Assembly (NCBI RefSeq): GCF_018389705.1
Contig: NZ_CP065581.1
Coordinates: 840,001-872,000, forward strand
Source: Mycoplasma mycoides subsp. capri
GTDB taxonomy: Bacteria > Bacillota_I > Bacilli_A > Mycoplasmatales > Mycoplasmataceae
Direction of reading: 5' to 3'
Length of the DNA stretch: 32,000 bases
The stretch's first letter is position 1. Every line of letters starts with the position of its first letter. Shown here piece by piece: positions 1 to 13,385 of the stretch. The notes under the pieces are model-generated. The model had not been told where the DNA came from. It did no database searches and was given only the letters and a program-made list of their open reading frames with translations. The translations under genes were made by a program, and so were the position numbers.

Positions 1-184
1 TTTAGAATATATTAAAACTGATACTAAAACTCATTATTTAATCTTAGTAAATAATAGTGATAATCAAATAGAAGTTGAGCATGCTGATTTAATTAATAAC
101 ACTGAGTTATTAACTAATGAAAAACAAACTAATTCTAAAGTTGTTTTAAAACCATTATCTATGAAAATATTTAAACTAAATTAA
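1..184 (+). CDS. 3' end of a GH13 (alpha-amylase family) glycosidase, truncated by the window edge
   Basis: Frame 2 reads LEYIKTDTKTHYLILVNNSDNQIEVEHADLINNTELLTNEKQTNSKVVLKPLSMKIFKLN* (stop 182..184). This aligns position by position with the C-terminus of the next gene (LEFIKYDDNNTYLILVNNSDEKLEIKKEELVNKTDLISDQIQTNNIVSLNPISMKVFKIR*), so the two are tandem paralogues. Confidence 0.7.
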   Translation, partial: LEYIKTDTKTHYLILVNNSDNQIEVEHADLINNTELLTNEKQTNSKVVLKPLSMKIFKLN

Positions 185-205
185 GCATCTTAGATGCTTT
201 TTTTT
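184..205 (+). terminator. Rho-independent terminator candidate
   Basis: AGCATCT/AGATGCT inverted repeat directly after the stop codon, followed by a T8 run. Confidence 0.55.
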
Positions 206-302
206 AGTTGTATGCACAATATTTTTTAATTACTAAATAATAATATTTATTATTATTTAAAACTTAATTTAGAATTTTTATGTAATTAATAAAAGGAGAG
301 TT

Positions 303-2101
<1,799 letters not shown>

Positions 2102-2102
<1 letters not shown>

Positions 2103-2731
2103 TGAAATTTAAAGGTGTTATTTTTGATTTAGATGGAGTAATTACAGATACTGCTCCTTTACATTATCTAGCTTGATCTCAAGCTGTTAAAACTATTGGA
2201 ATTAATGATTTAGATAAAACTTTTTTAGATAAATTAAGAGGAATTAGTAGAAAAGAATCTCTACAAGTAATTTTAGATTTTTATAATCTGAAATTAGATC
2301 AATCTCAATTTAATAACTTATTAGAACAAAAAAACTTATTATATAAAAAAGCTTTACAAAATATAGATAAAACTTGAATATTACCTGGAATAATTGATTT
2401 TATTAAAGATTTAAAAAAACATAATATTAAAATTTGTTTAGGTAGTTCTAGTTTTAATGCAAAAGATATTTTAACTAAATTAGAATTAATTAATGAATTT
2501 GATTACTTAGTTGATCCAAGTGAAATTAGACATTCAAAACCAGCTAGTGATATTTTTATAAAAGCTAGTCAATTATTAGGTTTAGATGTTAAAGAATGCG
2601 TTGTTATTGAAGATGCTATTGCTGGAGTTCAAGCAAGTAAATCTGCTAATATTTTTTGTATAGGAATTAATGTTGATGCTGATATTAGATTACAATCAAC
2701 TGCTGATTTATCAATTAATTTATTAAAATAA
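2102..2731 (+). CDS. pgmB: beta-phosphoglucomutase (HAD superfamily), 209 aa
   Basis: The ATG overlaps the upstream stop (TAATG). The N-terminus MKFKGVIFDLDGVITDT carries the HAD motif I DxDG. Also present are LRGISRKESL, SKPASDIF and EDAIAGVQA, typical of beta-PGM. TAA at 2729..2731. Confidence 0.85.
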
Positions 2732-2745
2732 CTCATATCTATTAG

Positions 2746-2777
2746 AAAAACTCTAGTTTTTAATTAGAGTTTTTTTA
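2746..2777 (+). terminator. Rho-independent terminator candidate
   Basis: AAAAACTCTA ... TAGAGTTTTT stem with a 9-nt loop, followed by a T run. Confidence 0.6.
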
Positions 2778-2840
2778 TATATTGATATAGTTAAGCTATT
2801 ATGTTATATTATTAAGTTGCAAGAAAAGTGAGTCCAAATT

Positions 2841-4091
2841 ATGAGAAAGTTTAATAAATTATTTTTAACAATTTTACCAATTTCAAGTATTAGTACATTT
2901 AGTGTAATTTCATGTACTACAAATACTAAAAATAATGCTGAAATTCCAACAGTTCCAAATAATAAAAAACCAGATAATCAAAAACAACCTGATAAAAATA
3001 AACCAGAATCAACTGAAGAACACACTAATAAAAAACCTAATGAAAATACCAACGATCAAAAACAACCAAATAGTAGTGAAAAATCTGATGCTGAACCAAG
3101 CCCCGGTAAGCCAGAAAATAAACCAGATAATTCTCATAATCCAAAACAACCAGAAAACCCAGAAAACAATAATTCAAATAATGACCAACCACAAGGTGAT
3201 CAACCACAATATGATAAAATGCCTGATAACAATGTAGATTTTAGTGATCTAAAAACTATAAAAAGAGAAATATCTCTTGATCGATTCTATAAATATTCAC
3301 AAATGACAGCATTATCATCATGAATTGATTTAAGAACAACCCCTAATGTATTTAAGAATATAATCTTTAAGGACTACCCTTTTATAACAAATAAATATAA
3401 CATTAAATTTGAATCTCTAACTGATGTTATAGAAGATAATCAAAAAGGGTTAATAAGTAATGTAAAAATCAGATTTACAAAGGAAAGTAAATTTGAAATA
3501 CTAGAATTTACACTAACAGGTTTTAAAAAAGAATATAAAGTAGACAATAAAAATAATAAAGAAAATTATATTAAACAGAAAGATAAAATTGATGAAAAAT
3601 TAGCAGGTTTATATCCATCGCTATTAGCTTATATGTTGTTATATACTGAAGAAAGTGGAATTAACAGATATGATAGAGATATAAAACAATCTGGTAATGT
3701 AATAAACTTTGATGATCTAATAAATAATAATCAAGATTTATTTGATTATAACTTTTCTGGTTTTAGTGTTGGAACTAAAGACTTACTGTTTGACTATAAT
3801 AGAAAAGATGAGAAGTTATATAAAGATAAAATAGTTGAATCAAAATATGACGATATAAATGGAACTTTAGGACTAAAAGTTGAAATATCAAATAGAGATG
3901 ATAATCATTCAAATGAATCAACAATAACAAAAGAATTTAACTTTAATGGATTTAGAAAAATTGATATAGATAATTATAAAAATAATCCTTTTACGTTCTC
4001 ATTATTGCCAAAAAATCTTAGTGAAATAATAAAAAATGACAAAATAAGAAAAACACTAGAAGAATCTGGTGTATATATACATAAAAACTAA
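2841..4091 (+). CDS. surface lipoprotein (416 aa), ends at an in-frame TAA that looks premature
   Basis: Signal peptide plus lipobox MRKFNKLFLTILPISSISTFSVISC. Track ORFs 2841..3323 and 3633..4091 share one frame and are joined via TGA. After a K/Q/P/N/E-rich linker come repeated modules that end in motifs such as TLTGFKK and NFNGFRK, reminiscent of mycoplasma lipoprotein-associated domains. Confidence 0.8.
2959..3233 (+). repeat. low-complexity K/Q/P/N/E-rich linker coding region (degenerate KQP/KP(D/E)N repeats)
   Basis: Translation: NNKKPDNQKQPDKNKPESTEEHTNKKPNENTNDQKQPNSSEKSDAEPSPGKPENKPDNSHNPKQPENPENNNSNNDQPQGDQPQYDKMPDNN. The composition also creates the spurious overlapping track ORF 2935..3237. 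Confidence 0.5.
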
Positions 4092-4472
4092 GTAGATGAA
4101 TTTGGTGGTTTTTATTCTAGAGATAATATATGAGAAACACTTATATTTAAAAATTTATTAGTTGATTTAACTGATAATGATCATCATACATATAGATCTA
4201 ATAAAACATTAAAAGTAGATTATAGTGGTTCAGATAAGAACTACAAATCAATTTTAGGATTAAAATCTAATCAGTCCTTATATCCATTTCACACAATAAT
4301 AACTAAAGATTCTATTAAAAATATTTTAGTAACTATTAAAGATAAAAAATTTACATTAGAATTTGAATTGCATATTCCAATTTATAGTACTTCTTTTAGT
4401 AATTTATTATCGCATGCTGGATCCGATAAAACTCTATTAGTAAGAGTTTCTCAAACAACTCAAATCGATTAA
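4092..4472 (+). pseudogene. in-frame, stop-free continuation of the lipoprotein gene after the TAA at 4089..4091 (126 codons, no start codon of its own)
   Basis: Same frame as 2841..4091. It reads VDEFGGFYSRDNIWETLIFKNLLVDL...FTLEFELHIPIYSTSFSNLLSHAGSDKTLLVRVSQTTQID** and ends just upstream of the terminator hairpin at 4478..4510. Confidence 0.5.
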
Positions 4473-4477
4473 TAATT

Positions 4478-4510
4478 AAAACAAGAGACCATATGATCTC
4501 TTGTTTTTTT
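4478..4510. terminator. bidirectional terminator hairpin shared by convergent genes
   Basis: ACAAGAGA (4481..4488) pairs with TCTCTTGT (4497..4504). The hairpin is flanked by an A-rich tract upstream and T7 downstream, and the T run overlaps the stop of the minus-strand HAD gene. Confidence 0.65.
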
Positions 4511-5390
4511 ATACTTCTTTTCCATCTAATAACAAGTTTAAATAATGTCCTAATCCACCTTCATCATTAGTATAATGAGTAATGCCTTTAGCAACAAACT
4601 TTAAACTATTTACACCATTTTTCATAGCAACTGAACAACCAACAGTTTTTAACATTTCTAAATCATTTAACTGATCTCCAAATGCTATTACATCTCTTAT
4701 ATCTTTATTATAATATTGAGCTAGAAAAATACTTGCAAAGCCTTTATCAGCATTTTTATTAGTTAAAGTAATTACTGGTTTTGTTTTACTTGTAGTTATT
4801 CCATATAAAATATCGCTTTGAATTTTAATGGCATCTTGATATTTTGTTAAAACTCTAATTACTTCGTCTTTATGTTTATCTGATTTCAATTTTAAAACTA
4901 AATTATTACTTGGTGATTTTCAATCTGTATATGGTGAGGCTTTAATAAATTGAAAGTCTTTTGAATTTTTAGCTTTGTTTAAATGAAAGAAATCTTCTAA
5001 TTCTTTATCAGTTTTTCATAATAAGGACTTATCATAATATTCAATTAAAATATTTTCAACATTATCTTTAATAACTGGTTCATTAATAATTTGTTTAATG
5101 ATTTCATAATTAATTGGTAAAACTACTCTTTTCATTAATTTATTATTTGGGTCATGAATATGAGCACCATCAAAATTAGCTAATAAAGTAGTTAGCTTTA
5201 ATTCTTTATAAATATGTTCAACTGCTCTAAAAGGTCTTCCAGTAACTATACAAACAATATGTCCTTTTTTTTGAGCATCAAGTATAGCTTTTTTTGTTAT
5301 TTTATGAATTTTATCGTTTTGATTAGTTAAAGTAGTTCCATCTAAATCTATTAAAATTAAGCGTTTTAAATTTAAGTCTTTTAACTTCAT
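4509..5390 (-). CDS. Cof-type HAD-IIB phosphatase/hydrolase (293 aa)
   Basis: Track ORFs 5016..5390 and 4509..4889 are in one frame (882 nt in total) and joined via two TGA codons. Motifs: LILIDLDGTTL (motif I), VTGRP (motif II) and GDQLNDLEML (motif IV). Confidence 0.85.
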
Positions 5391-5573
5391 AATAAAACCT
5401 CTTATCTATAGTAGTACTTATTATTAATTTTAATTTATTATTTAGATAAATAAAAATTAGCTAATTTTTAGTAATTAAATTCAAAATAAACTGTGAAAAA
5501 TAGGGTTCGAATAAAAAAGGTGAAAATACACTTTAATTATTCGCAGATAAAAAATGTAAATAAAATATATATA

Positions 5574-5602
5574 AAAAAACAATACCTTAAAGTATTGTTT
5601 TT
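5574..5602 (-). terminator. Rho-independent terminator of the opp operon
   Basis: On the minus strand, ACAATAC TTTAAG GTATTGT is followed by T7. It starts 5 nt after the oppA stop. Confidence 0.6.
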
Positions 5603-5606
5603 GAAA

Positions 5607-8600
5607 TTATTTATTTAATTTTTTATTCTTTTCTTGATAATCCTTTTTTCACAGTTCTCTTCAATTTCCTTTGAATTGATCAAAGTAGATATTTTTACCA
5701 GTTTTGTCATCAAACTTCATTGGATTTAATGATTTATATCCACTAGTTTTCTCTTGTTCATATTCTTTTTGTTGTTTTGCAAAATCTTCTTTAGTAACAA
5801 TTTTGTCAAATATTCTAACACCAACGTATCTTTTTGCATGTGAACCTGTTGGTCAAGTTGGTTTTGAAAATTCATCAACATAAGAAATACTTGGTAAAGT
5901 ATCTGCTAAATGAGTGTGAGTAGGGATTATAATAGCTGAAGATAAAGTATAGTAGTTTTCTAATTTAGCTAATTGAGTATATCTCTTATAAATATCTGCT
6001 TCATTTTCATCAATATAAGTTAATTCATTAGTGAAGTGTTGAATAATATTTTTTAGATCAGCATAAGCTTTTTCTAATACTTCTTTATCTACAGTTTTAT
6101 CATTATCTTTTAATTCTAATTTAATATCTTTTTCTCTTTTTTGACCATTAGTGCCATTTGAAGATGTTAATTTAGATTTATTAAACACTTTAGTTCAACT
6201 TTGAATATGTTCATAAACTCCACCATATTTTAATGTTGCTAAATAGTTAGTAGGATCATCATAATCTGGAGATCATCCAAAAGAAGCTAGTCCATATTTT
6301 CCTTCTCTTAATTCTTTTAGATAATTAGAAAGATCAATAGGTTTAACAATATCAAAAACAATTGGAGAATCGATATCATTAGTATCATGTTTTCTTACAA
6401 GGTAGTTAAATGAACCAAAGAACTGAGCAAATTTAATTTTAAAATCATCGGCTCCATTTGGATATAATAAGAAAGGAATAGTAATAGGTTTATTATAATT
6501 AGTAATACCAGCTATTTTTTGCAAATCTTCTTTAACTTGTCTTTTTAATAAGTTAATTTTTTTATATAAATTCTTTAGAACGTTATCTTGTTTTTTAGTG
6601 TCTATTTTTGGATTATAACCAGCATCATAAACACCGATTAGGTTTGCAAATTCTTTAGCTAAATCTTCATTCTTAAATTTAACAGTTTTTGGATCTCTGT
6701 TTAGATTAAACAATCCATTGCCTTTGCCATTACCACTGTCACCATTAGCAGCAGACTGTAGTTGATCTTCTTGTAAAAACGCTGTAAATGCTAATAAATC
6801 ATTTTCTAAAAATGCATCATTACCTTCATTATAAACACTGACTTTGATTTTACTATTTGGATGTTTTGAGTCATTAACTTTACCAAAACGGTTACCTCAG
6901 TTTTTAATATTTTCTGGGTTGTGTCATTTCTTTTGTTTTAAAACTTCAATAATTCAATCACTTCATGATTTTTCATCAGTATTATTTGTTGAAGATGAAG
7001 TAGATGACACATCTCTTCTTGATCTAGTAGGAGTAGTAGAACTTGAGGAATTAGCATTATTTTTTGGACTATTATCATCATTGTATTTTCTTATATCATA
7101 ATAATCTTTTGCTAAAAAATCAGCATAATCAGCTACTTTATCTATTGAACTTTCATCTATAACCTGATGCTTATTATCATTAAAAGTAGAAACATATTTA
7201 CTTGTAAATGTATTTCTTAATTGTGTACTTGTAGGTCTATCAACACCATCTCTAGCTTCAGAATAAAACTTAGCATATATAGAACGATTTAATGCATATC
7301 TAGCTAGTATTCTAACTGATTTTAAAGCAAGAGCTCTGTTTAAAATACTATCTTCTTCAGGTGTTCTAGTTCTTTTTTTACCAGTTTCAACTAAACTTCC
7401 TTCACTATTAAGTTGAATGTTGTCATAAATTTGAGTTCCTTCACTATGGAAATTAAATCCTAAGGCTCAAGTAGTAGTTGGTTTTTGTTTTAAAACATTA
7501 GTTCCACTAAAAACAGGATTTTCTTCATCTTTTCCAACATATTTTTGTCAACCAGCTAAATCATTTGCATTGATTTTTGTAGATGAAACATCGCCAGTTT
7601 CAAATAAAAATCTTCTAGTTGCAGCATCAGCTTTATTAACATAACTATAATTAATTTTTTCTATGTAAACATTCTCTTTATTGTAGTAAAATTCATTTCT
7701 AGTTAGGTTTAAGTTTGACCCTGGGAAATAATCTTCAATTACATAAGGACCTGAATATCACAAACCATTATATCCAGATTTTTTACCTAACGGTTTTCCA
7801 TAATTAGTTCCAGCATAAATATTAGATACTTGATCTTTATCATTAGCATAAAAAAGCGCAATTTCTGGAATAGGAGCAAAAGCTAAATATGAAATAACAG
7901 ATTCAAAATAAGAAATCTTTTTAGAAAGATAAAATCCAATATCAAATATACTTTGATCTAAATCATCTTGAGATTTATCACCATTTACTGCTGATTTACC
8001 ATCATTAACTATTTTTCCACCTTTAAATGATTCTTTTACTAAATCTTTAGTAGATTTTGAAGTATCTAGTGCAACTTTTTTAGCTCGAGCTTCGTCATTT
8101 GGAGTTAGGTTAAATGCTAAAATCGCTCTATCAATTCAATAACTTGAACTTAATTCATTTGTTCTTAAATCACCAGGAAGATCTTTATTAAAACGAGAAT
8201 CATATAAGCTATGAGCTTTTGCTTGTCCGTTACTTTTATCATATTTTGGATCAGATAATTTATCTATAAAATCCATCAATTGGGGGACATACTTAAAGTT
8301 GGTTAGGAAGTGCTCAGTAGTTAATGCTAGGTTGTTTTTATTTAAAACATATCTAAAAGTATTAAAAATGTCTAAACCAGTTATTAAATCACCTTTAACT
8401 TGCTTACCGTTTTCAATTTTAGTTCAATAAGCATTTTTTCTAAGTCTAAATTTTCAATAATCTTTATTAGAGTTGTGATCTCAATATTCTGCTAAAGCTC
8501 CTTCATAATGATCATGTCTATTTACTGTTAATAATACATCTTGTAAATTAGCAATAATATCAGAATCATTTGAAGTATTGTTAGTTGCTGAGTTTAAATT

Positions 8601-8759
8601 AGCTAAAGAATAGTTAGTAAGTTCACGTAAAACTTTAGTATTAGAATTTTTTCTATTTAAAATTTTATCTAGACTAATTCCAACTGAACAACTTACAGCT
8701 GAAGCTGCAGCAGTAGCTATTATAGAACCTAGCAATGTCATACCTAAGACTTTTTTCAT
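5607..8759 (-). CDS. oppA: oligopeptide ABC transporter substrate-binding lipoprotein, unusually long (1050 aa)
   Basis: Four minus-strand track ORFs (8481..8759, 6273..6713, 5853..6188 and the pieces between them) share one frame and are joined by TGA only. Lipobox: MKKVLGMTLLGSIIATAAASAVSC. It is the last gene of the oppBCDF cluster. TAA stop at 5607..5609. Confidence 0.85.
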
Positions 8760-8775
8760 AAAACTTCCTCCTTTC

Positions 8776-10644
8776 TTATTTATTTTTTAATTGTTCTTTA
8801 TAAGCTTTGATTTGTTTTTTATAAGCTTTGATTTCTCTTTCATTAGCATAAACAAAGTGACCTTTAGAAACTTCTACTCATTTTGGAAAATCTACTAAAT
8901 AATCATGATGTTCAACTTCTGGTTGATAAACAAAGTGAACTTTTTTACTTTCTTGAATTGGATCTGGTAAAGGAATAGCACTTAATAATGATCTAGTGTA
9001 TGGGTGTAATGGTAAATCAAATAACTCATTAGATTCAGCTAATTCAACAATATCACCACGATAAATAACAGCAATTCTGTCTGTTGCAAATCTTACAACT
9101 GATAAATCGTGAGCAATAAAAATATAAGTTAAATCAAATTGTTTTTGAAATTTAGCTAATAAGTTCATTATTTGAGCTCTAATTGAAACATCTAAAGCTG
9201 AAATTGGTTCATCAGCTACTACAAATTTAGGTTTCATAATTAAGGCTCTAGCAATACCAATTCTTTGACGTTGACCTCCTGAAAACTCATGAGGATATCT
9301 TGATAAATGTTCAGGTAATAATCCAACAGTTTCTAATAATTGATTAATTAAAAATCTCTTGATATCTTTTTTATCAATTTCTGAAATATCAGCTATTTTA
9401 TTTTCTGGATTTTTTTGATTAAATCATTGTTGATATGCTTTTTTAACCTCATCATTTGAATAAAGTTCAGGAAAGTTATCTAAACCTTCTTTAATGATTT
9501 CTTCAACAGCCATTCTTTCATTTAATGATGAACTTGGATCTTGAAAGATCATTTGCATATCTTTTTTATTTTCTTTTAGTTCTTTTTTATTTGGTGATTT
9601 AAAAATTTCAGCAGTTTTTAAATTATCATAAAAATCACTATTTTGAACAGTTTGTATAACTGATTGATATTCTTCAGCTAGTTTAGTTTTATTATTTAAA
9701 TTTAAATATTCAATTCTTTGTTTTAATTTTTTTAAATAATAACTGTTTTTATATTTTGGACAAGTTAAAGCTAAATTCATTAATTGATCATGACTAGCAT
9801 CTTCAAGTTTAGGAGTAATTAGTTTTTGACTTTTAATAACTAATTTTAATCTAGAACCCATTTGATCAAAAAACTTAGTTACTGAAGTATATTTACCATC
9901 ATTAACATCATTTCTAATAGCTAGCATTTCTTGTAAAGTGTTATAAATAGTATTTTCTAAATCTTTAACTTTTAAAATTGAATCATGAACAAAGTCTTGA
10001 TATTTGTTAATTGCATCTTGTAATTCTACTTTAACACTTGTATGTTTTGAAATGTTTTTAGTAATACGTGATGCTTTTTCTTGTAGTCTAATAATTTTTA
10101 ATAAACGTTTTAAATTATCAGTAATTGCTTGAATAACAATTGATAAATTAGCATTCTTTTTAACACTTACTAATTTAGTTGTATTTAGATTAACTCCTTC
10201 TTTAATAATTCTTGACTTACCATCTTCATAATCTTTTAATTCTTGAGTTTTAAAGTCAAAAAACTTAGATTGAACATATTTATAATAAACTCTTTTAAAT
10301 TCATTAGAATAATCATTTAAACTAAGTGAAGTAGTTAATTGGTTTTGTTGCATTATATATAAGTGTCTTGCAATTTTTTGATTAATTTTATAAACATCTG
10401 GAGATTTACCTCTTAATAGTTTATTTTCAAAATAAATTGCTCCATCACTTACTGGTTGAATTCCAATAATTGCTCTTCCAATTGTAGTTTTACCAGATCC
10501 AGATTCACCAACTAATCCAAAAGTTTCACCTTTATAAACATCAAAAGTTACTCCTTTAACAGCTTTTAATTTATTTCTACCGTTTCCAAATTCAATCAAA
10601 AGGTCTCGAACTTTTAAAATTGCTTCATTTTTCTTTTTTATCAT
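8776..10644 (-). CDS. oppF: oligopeptide ABC transporter ATP-binding protein with a large internal insertion (622 aa from ATG 10644)
   Basis: Walker [11 protein letters not shown]-loop [10 protein letters not shown], signature FSGGQRQR, Walker B FVVADEP and H-loop IFIAHDL. The track start at 10656 is a TTG. The ATG at 10644 follows the oppD stop (GAATAAAATG) and is more likely the start. TAA stop at 8776..8778. Confidence 0.85.
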
Positions 10645-10645
10645 T

Positions 10646-12346
10646 TTATTCACCAACCTTTGAATCTGAAACAGCTTTTTTTAGATTATTTAACTGTTTT
10701 GGACGTTTAATTTTTGGAGCACGTGGATCTAATAATCAAGTTTTTGCATAGTGAGTATCTGATATTTTAAACATTGGTGGTTCATATTTATAATCAACTG
10801 CTAAAGCAAATGTGTTTCTTGGTGCAAATGCATCAGCTTTAATTTCTTTAAATAATGAAGGTGGAGTACCACTAATTGAATATAATTCTTCACCTTTAGT
10901 TCCTAATTGTGGAAGTGATGATAATAATGCTCAAGTATATGGGTGTTTTGAATTAAAGAATACATCTTGTGTAGTTCCATATTCAATAATTTGACCAGCA
11001 TACATAACAGCAACTCTATCAGCAATATTTGCAACAACTCCTAAATCGTGAGTAATAAAGATTACTGTAAATTTGTATTCTTCTTTTAATTCTTTAATTA
11101 GATCTAGAATTTGAGCTTGAATAGTTACATCTAATGCAGTTGTTGGTTCATCACAAATTAAAACTTTAGGTCTACATGCTAAAGCAATAGCAATAACAAC
11201 TCTTTGTCTCATCCCACCTGAATATTTACCAGGCAGATCTTTATAACGCTTTTCAGCATTAGGTATTCCTACTCTTTTCATTAAATTAATAGCTTCAACT
11301 TTAGCTTCAGCTCTATTTAATTTACTATGATTTCTTAAAACTTCACTAATTTGATAACCAACACTTAATAAAGGGTTTAAAGAAGTCATTGGATCTTGAA
11401 AAATTGTAGCAATAGTTCCACCACGTAAATGTTGTAGATTTTTATCAGTACTTCTTTTAATTCAAAAATTAAAACGTTTAATAAAATCTCATAACTCTTT
11501 TAAAGTTTCTAGTTTTTCTTGATCTAGTTTTTTAGTTTGATTAGATCTAATATCATATAAAATTTCTAAAGCTAAGCTTTCAAAATTATTTTTATATTCG
11601 ATTTCATCTAATCACTTAATATGTGGTTCTAATTTATTTATATCTTCTAATTGATTATTATTAACTTTATTAATTAAATTAATAATTTGAAAATATCTAA
11701 ATTTTTTATAAATATTAACTGTTTTAAAATTATAAATTTCTTTTTTAGCAGTTTGAATAGTTTTTTCTAGTTGTTGAATTTCAAAGTCTAATTTCTTAGG
11801 ATCTTTTTTTCATTCAATTTGTTCTTTTAATTGTTTAATTTGTTCTAAATACTCATTTCTTTTAACTAGTTTTTTAGTACTATTAGTAAATTCGTATTTT
11901 TTTAATAAATTAGCTTTTTGTTGTAATTCATCAATTTTTAAATTTAAAGATTCAATAGTTGATTCTTTTAATTCTTTAATAGTCAATAAAGCATCTTTAA
12001 TTTTTTTATTATTGTATTTTTTAATTCCTTTTCTAGATTCACTTTCTAAAGAATTTTTGTGAAAATCAACTAAATCAGTATCTTTTTTAAAAACAGCTGA
12101 TTCATTTTCTCTAGTAGCTTTATTTGGATAATACATAATTGATCCATTAGCAATATAACCATTTGACTCTAACATATTAGTTAAAGTTTTAGTTAATACT
12201 GATTTACCTGATCCAGATTCACCAACTATAGCAACAGTTTCACCATCATAAATATCAAAACTAATATTTCTAATAGAAGTTAAAACTTTAGAACGGACAC
12301 GAAACTTTACTACTAAGTCTTTAATTGATAAGATAACGTTTTTCAT
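10646..12346 (-). CDS. oppD: oligopeptide ABC transporter ATP-binding protein with a large internal insertion (566 aa)
   Basis: Walker A GESGSGKSV, Q-loop IFQDPMTSLNP, signature YSGGMRQR, Walker B LICDEPTTALD, H-loop FITHDLG and the C-terminal HPYTWALLSS motif. Track ORFs 11810..12346 and 10931..11389 are in one frame. AAAGGA RBS upstream. Confidence 0.9.
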
Positions 12347-12359
12347 AAATATGTCCTTT

Positions 12360-13370
12360 CTATCTGTGGTTTTTTGGATCTAGTGAATCAGCAAATACTT
12401 TTAATACTAAGAAAAATAAAGTTGAAATAATACAAATAAATAAAATTGGTAAAACAATTAAGTGTGGATAAACTTGTCATTCACTTGATTGCATGATTGA
12501 TTGTAAAATTTTTCCAAGTGAAGTATTTACTTTACCATCAACAAATCCTCTATCAAAATAAGCTAGAGTTGATTCAATTGCAATTGCTGTTGGAATTGAA
12601 AATGTTGATACTTGAATTAATACTGGTAAAATTTTTGGTAAAACATTTTTTCTAATAATTTTATCTGATCTAGTTCCTAGTGTAATTGAAGCAATATTAT
12701 AATCAGCATCTCTAATTGATAAAACTAAAATTCTAATACTAAATGCTGGACCGATTCAAGCTTGAATAACAATTCCTAAAATCATAGGTCAATATCCAAT
12801 ACCAAATACTGACATAATAACAATAATTAAAATTAGTTGTGGAATAACTAGAATTAATGAAGTTAATTGGTAGAATAAAATATCTAGTTTTCTATAATAT
12901 CCTCAAATTAATCCCATAATAATTCCAATTGATAATTGTAAAAAGGTCATAACAAAAGCAAAAGATAAACTACTTCTTAAACCTAATCAAATCTCGATTC
13001 AATAATCTTCACCATTTCTACCCAATCCAAATCAATGTTGAGCTGAAGGATGTTCTTGAGTAACTCCTGGAGTTTTTAAAGGAATTGCTTCTTTTCCATA
13101 AGGAACAATTATTGAAGTTAATAATAAAGCTAATAGAATAATTGAACAAATAATAAATACTTTACTAGTAATTAAAATCTTACCAACAGCTTTTCAATAA
13201 CTATATGGTTTTGTAATAATAGTTTCACTAGTTTGAGCTTGTGAACCAACTAATTCAAATAAAGAGTGATCTATTTGATAAATATCTAAACCGTGTCTTT
13301 TAAAAAACGCTTCTCTTTCACTATCTAAAAGTGCTGAAAAATCTGGTTGTTCTAATTGTTTTGTTTTCAT
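12360..13370 (-). CDS. oppC: oligopeptide ABC transporter permease (336 aa)
   Basis: The ATG at 13370 is preceded by AAAGGAG. The track start at 13379 is a GTG inside that RBS. The product is a multi-TM permease with a BPD-transport-like core (...SIRILVLSIRDADYNIASITLGTRSDKIIRKNVLP...). TAG stop at 12360..12362. Confidence 0.9.
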
Positions 13371-13385
13371 ATAAATCACTCCTTT

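Noticed and set aside
235-258. AAATAATAATA-tt-TATTATTATTT inverted repeat upstream of the GH13 gene, as a possible sugar-regulator operator or cre site
   Set aside because: It is a low-complexity (AAT)n/(ATT)n sequence with no resemblance to the cre consensus (TGWAANCGNTNWCA). It is likely compositional.
2935-3237. 100-aa track ORF overlapping the lipoprotein gene in another frame
   Set aside because: It is a low-complexity shadow frame (IKN/NQ repeats) of the K/Q/P/N-rich linker region. It has no RBS and is fully contained within a well-supported lipoprotein CDS.
5493-5528. tRNA T-arm-like GGGTTCGAAT (5503..5512) flanked by direct repeats GTGAAAAATA / GTGAAAATA, as a possible tRNA remnant or att site
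   Set aside because: Only 10 nt resemble a T-loop, and no acceptor or anticodon stems can be formed. The short A-rich repeats are unremarkable at this composition.
6844-7101. 85-aa plus-strand track ORF
   Set aside because: It is antisense to the continuous oppA reading frame. Its translation is hydrophobic and low-complexity, it has no RBS, and its start is not a clear ATG in a good context.
10645-10656. Longer N-termini suggested by the ORF track for oppF (10656), oppC (13379) and the transglutaminase-like lipoprotein (21741)
   Set aside because: These 'M' starts are TTG or GTG codons that lie inside the upstream gene's end or inside the RBS. In each case an ATG a few codons downstream has proper SD spacing (10644, 13370, 21732).
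10812-10994. 60-aa plus-strand track ORF
   Set aside because: It is antisense to the conserved C-terminal region of oppD (the HPYTWALLSS… motif is encoded on the other strand).
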